Source: Chrysomallon squamiferum (Eukaryota; Animalia; Mollusca). Taken from it: a stretch of 64,000 nucleotides of DNA. Positions within the stretch are counted from its first letter, which is position 1. Every line of letters begins with the position of its first letter. Positions 53,434-64,000 of the stretch are shown one piece after another. The notes below the pieces were generated by a model. The model was not told where the DNA came from. It saw only the letters and a list, made by a program, of their open reading frames with translations, and searched no databases. Made by a program: the position numbers and the translations under genes. The stretch covers positions 1,302,001 to 1,366,000 of the forward strand of contig CM022667.1 of assembly GCA_012295275.1 (NCBI GenBank). Direction: 5' to 3'.

Positions 53434-56374
53434 AAAGAAAAGGAAGAAACAATAATAATAATTATAATAATTAATAAATTTTTCCCAGGTTATTATGTAT
53501 ATTAAAATTATCAGTCCATCCCTGAAAAACTGTACTTCATGATAAATTTTTTATAATTAATGCCATCTGGATAAAAAATTGTTTTACAATTCTATTATCA
53601 TTCTTTTTAAAAAAATAAAAATAAAAATAAAAATATTTAAGTAACTTTCAAAAATATCATGAAAAAGAAAATCATTATCCATTACCCTCCCCCAAAAAAC
53701 AAAAAACAAAACAAAAAACCAAAAAAAAACCCAGCAAAAAATGAAAAAAGAACAACAACTGAAATTCAAGTTACGATGCAGTTTTGAAAAGACTTTATAT
53801 ATAATCTATATATTTTAGTAAAATGTATCATGTTGCCAAGAGTAAGTCAAAACGAGAAAGTACTGTAAGTCACTCAGTTCACCTTTTACAAACACAGTGT
53901 AAGTTTTATCCAATGAACTTCAACACTTTACAGCCATACGGGTGAACTAAAACCAAATACATTTTATCATTCATAATCATGATAAATTTGGGCCAGGCAA
54001 AAACAAAAAAAAAAAACTTTATGCAAGGATACAACAGAACGTGTCAGTGTGAAAAATACGCAAACATTCTGTCTTAAAAAAAAAAAATTCTCTTATCAAA
54101 ATTGGACAATGATAGTTATTATTCTGATTAATTAAACACAATGAATTTAAAATAATAATAGTAATAATAATTAAGAAAGAAAAAAAAAAAGAAAAAGAAA
54201 AACAACAAATATTTAACAAAATTAAATAAAAAATAAGTATCTAAATGGACAAATCTTTTGTTTAGTTCAATGAGTTTGTGTGCAGTAACCATGACAACTA
54301 TCAACATTTCTAAACACATTTTGCAATGAAAGCTTCAAACAGTCAAAAAGTGAAAAATACTCTTTTCCCCCTCTTTCACAACAACATAAATTTATGCATG
54401 ACATGAAAAAAAAAAAAAAAAAAATTATACTCTGACATTTCACAAATGCTTTAACACAGTGTTTTCTAACATCTTCTATTCCTCACAAACATTTTTGTCT
54501 TCATAATCAAGTAAATTTAAAAGGCTGGGACACACATTTGAAATCAGTTGTTTGTTGTTAGGTTTTATTCCATTGTTGTCTCGTTTCCCCAAGATGATGT
54601 TATTAGGACTAAAAATATTTATTATTTCTTTTTATTTGAAATATCATTTCTGAAACGGAAGCTGCAAGAGATTTTAAAAAGCTGCTTGAAACAGGTTTAC
54701 AGAGTTACCTCTCAACACAGAGTTGTTTCCCTTCTCTACATAAATTCAACATCCTGACATACTAATTTTCAAAACTCATTAGGAATTGAAAAAAAAAAAA
54801 AAAAAAAAAAACTGCTGACATATTTATAAATGTGAATTTTGCAATGTACAAATACCTTGTCTCAGTACCAAATAAATAATTATATTAAAAAAAAAAAAAA
54901 TAAATAAAAAAAAAAATCTAATAACTTAAATTTATCAAAATGTTTTGTTCAAAATCTTTACTTTTTACTGTTTTATCTTAAATGAATCCCTAACCCCATT
55001 CCTGATATGCTAAATATGAAATTGTTTTAGCAGAAATGATTTTAATCCTTTTTTTTTCAAAACTTTTTCATGTTGCATAAATGGTTGCAGCAAATACTTG
55101 TGCAAGAGGACAATGGAAATTTTAACTTCATTCTATAATATAAAAATGTTAGAATCAAGTACTCTAAAAATTAGTTATCAAAATGATTTCACACATGTGA
55201 AAACCTATAACAAACAAGAGTTCTACAACCAAAGACACCTGAAAAGACAGGTAATTACTCAACCTGTAAATAATGAAGTCTAATCTGCAGCAATTAATTT
55301 AATTTAATTTTTTTTTAAATAAAAAAAAATGAAAAAATGCTTAAAGTTTTTGTAAATAAGTACAAGATCTTTCTTTCAAAGAAAAAATAAATAAATAAAT
55401 AATGTTTAAAAATAAATTAAAAACATAAATAGTTTGTTTTTCAAAAGTTTGGTTTTGGCTGGTTATTGGTAACTACTGAAATAATTATAAAGTCAGTAAT
55501 GCATGGAGATGAACAGTACAAGAAAAAAAAAGAAAAAAAAAAGATTTTTTAAAAATACTTTACAACAAAAAGTCCCAATGTCATTCACAATATCACATAA
55601 TGTTATGTGTGTTTCAGGTTTTCTCAACAGATTTCTAGGCTATAGATGGTTTTATGTTGATTTCAAACTTCAACTTGTTGATTAGTTTACGTTGGTCCTG
55701 ATTTATTTCCTCAGCCACAAGGTGTTTTGGCAATATTAATAATAATAATAATAATAGTAATAATAGTAATGATAATAATAATAATAATAATAATGTCTTC
55801 AAACCATCAGAGGTCATAATAGATACTGCATAACTTATTGGTAGTTCCACAGAAGCTTTGTACAAAAGAACACACAGGTCTTGGTGGACACATCAACTCA
55901 GATCTTAGAAAATATCACCCACAACTCACTGGCTCTGTTCAGATCTCATGAAAAAATTTAATAAATAAATAAAAAATAATTAATAATAATAATAAATGAA
56001 AATAATAATTGAAAATAATAATAATAATACTGTATCTGCCAAATTAATTCAGCTCCAAATTTAAAATCAATTTTTTTCTTTTTGTTGTTGTTGATTTGTT
56101 CATTAATCTGAATAGACTAATTACTGAAAGGTAAAAAAAAAAATTTTTTTTTAACTTAATACAAAAAAACAGGCAGTAAGTAACTGGATTTACATTTTCT
56201 CGGATTGACAGCAGCTGCTTACACAACAGCATCACCAACTGTACTAATCCAAATTTAAAAAAAAAGAAAAAAGAAGATAATAATAATAATAATAATTATA
56301 AATAATTTGTTTCACTAACAAAGAGGATTTACCCTTCTTTCTTCTTTTTTGTTTGGGGTGGGTATAAAATTTTA

Positions 56375-56409
<35 letters not shown>

Positions 56410-56858
56410 AAAAAAAGAGAAGAAAGAACAAAATAAATTATAAATTAAAAAAAAAAAAAAAAATTTAAAAAAAATTATGTTAATAATAAAAAAAATATAT
56501 ATATATATATATATATATATTGAGCCACAACTGGATACAACTGCTAAGATCTGAAACATCACTGAGATTTGGTCAATCTGTATTATGATCCACCTTCACA
56601 GTGTCACCAAGGTGCACAGAGAAAACAAGGACTGTTTCCGGACAAAATGGCCACCAACTTCCACAATAAAATACCTCAACAATACACACGTGTGGTTTTG
56701 TATAGAACAACATGCCTTGTATGAATGAATCAGAACATACAGACTGCTGCTGAAGCTGGTCACAAACTTTTTTTCTTTTTTTTTTTTTTTTGTTAGTTAC
56801 TTTTCGTAGTTTTTATGTTTTTTTTTTTTTTAAATTTATATTGTTGTTTGTTTATTTG

Positions 56859-56889
<31 letters not shown>

Positions 56890-57303
56890 TGTTATTGTAA
56901 AAACATCAGCAAGATGGCCCGCCAGAGAGAGAGCAAGAGAAACACAGAAACGTGTGCTTACAATATATCACATTGTTGGCACACTGGTGTACCACGTTTG
57001 TTTTGCTTCACAAGTGCAGGTCACAATTCACAAAGATGTTAAGTGCACCTCTGTCCAGCATCACATCATTTCATCGAGCTGGGCAACAAGAGGCGCAAAT
57101 GCATCAAGTCATATATATAAATATGCAAAACAGCATCCATTATCATTTTTATTTTATATCTTTATAAATTTTTTTTTTTTTTTTTTTTTTTTTTTGTTTT
57201 TTGTTGTAAATTTGTTTTGTTTGTTTTTAATTTTCCTTTATCTTTCTTTCTTTTTTCTTTTTCTTTTTTTTCACTTTTGTTTTGTAGTGGCATGTGTTGG
57301 CAA

Positions 57304-62260
<4,957 letters not shown>

Positions 62261-62688
62261 CTGAAAGTAAATAAAAAGAAAGAAAATGTAAGTATTTTTA
62301 AAAAATAATAATCAAACTTGTGTCTGAAATTAATCTGAAAATCAGAAATTTTCCCATGAAATCTAAAAATCAACTTGAAATCAGTTACAAACATTCTGTT
62401 AGATTCTCAATCTAAAATAAAATGATATTGTAATTCTCTGATGTGGGACATATATATTTTGTAATTTTAAAGAAAAGATAAAATACAAATATAAGAAAAC
62501 AGGGATACCACATGTAGGGGAAGGAAATTGTTACAATAAACACTACCAGGTTAATTGCACGAAAGATTCACATTATAACATGAATGTTTATGAAGCTGTG
62601 CATCTGCTTGCTATTTCTGTCCACTTTTTCCTTCCTTCTTTTTTTAATTATCCTTCCTTCTCTCTCACCATCCCTCTCCCCTTCTTTC

Positions 62689-62821
<133 letters not shown>

Positions 62822-64000
62822 ATTTTTGTATACTACTGTATTTTTTGTTAACAGTGGCCTCAATGTGTGTGTCAAATTTGTTTTTACAGATAATTTATCT
62901 TTCTTTAAAATGGCACAAATGCATGAAACAGTAATGAAACCAACAACAATAGCTATGTATTTGCAATGATGTTGAGACAGAAGTCTTTAACCCCTCAAAA
63001 AAAAAAAAAAAAACTATAAATATTTTACACCAGTGACCAACCATTAACAAGAAATAAATTTAAATTAAAGTTGACAATTGCTGCTTAGCAACTCTGGCTG
63101 AACTGTACTGAAATGACATTGCTGAAAAAAGGCTCCTCAAGTTTTTACTTCACTGGCACATGCACTTTTAAGCAGAAGCCACAGAACTGTTTAGTTGTTT
63201 CCTTGGCAACCCCCTCTCCTCTAACTGTTTACCAACAAAGACATTAATGGAAGTGTGCTTGTTACCAACCGATCAGTTTGTGATATATATGAAATCAGTT
63301 CATTACAAGCCAGTCTATAAATAATCTTTTTTTTTTTCTTTTCTTTTTTCTCAGTCTGTCAAACTAATGTCATGCTGTGACAGGCAATCCACTCAAAATG
63401 CATTTCTGAACTTACTTTTTGCTGTAGCTAGTATGGCTGACAAAGATTTCTTTTGTTCAAAAATTCAACTCCCAACAGAATTAGTGAATATTAACAGATA
63501 CCCATATTGGTCTTTTCTCTCACCCCCCCCCCCCAACTACTTCCCAGAATAATATTTCTGAAGCTGTAATAATAACAATAAATGCCAGTGACGTTTTACA
63601 ATATTCAGCTCCTATTATTTACGTTCACTGCAAAGTGTGCATTTTAAACATTATTTATAATATTAATTTATTTTTCTTGGCTGGTTGCAGGCAAGCCAAT
63701 AAACAGTATGAGACATTGGGTATGCATGCACTTTCGTGATCATGTTATCTGACATTTTAATAATAAAAAAAAATAAAAAATAAAAAATTTAGTTCTAATA
63801 AATATATATATATTTTTTTTTTTTTTTGCAGTGTCAACAGTTCCCAGAAATACATGAAGATTTTTATTTTGCTATCCAAAAACATTTTGCTTTGCTTTAT
63901 TTTATTATATTTATGGTTTTTAAACAGTATTATACCTGCTTCTGTATTCAAATCTAATAACTGGAAAAAGGACAAATTAATTTATAAGCCAAGAATACCA

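Overview
AT-rich, microsatellite-rich animal genomic DNA, probably an invertebrate (inference only). It holds five spliced genes, reconstructed by hand with GT-AG introns and consistent exon phases. (1) An ataxin-1/AXH-domain gene on + (2445-14031; first coding exon tentative). (2) CTU2, cytoplasmic tRNA 2-thiolation protein 2, on - (15 exons, 30284-22900, 461 aa). (3) A NEURL2-like NHR+SOCS-box gene on - (37748-36041), with a 1-nt frameshift in its main exon. (4) Nucleoporin SEH1 on + (9 exons, 39656-46314, 368 aa), head-to-head with NEURL2. (5) The 3' half of G-alpha-s (GNAS) on - (62260-57304), whose 5' part lies beyond the window. No rRNA, tRNA, CRISPR array or intact transposase was seen. 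Most short ORFs in the track are low-complexity artefacts. The most unusual signal is that many intronic tandem repeats are built from a splice junction itself (exon edge plus donor or acceptor). The clearest case is a 15 x 28-bp array in CTU2 intron 3, where 10 copies have lost the invariant +1 G. Also notable: a ~470-bp fold-back element in SEH1 intron 1, a uORF ending in a CaaX-like box in the NEURL2 leader, and an ataxin-1 RKRRW motif lacking the S776-equivalent serine.
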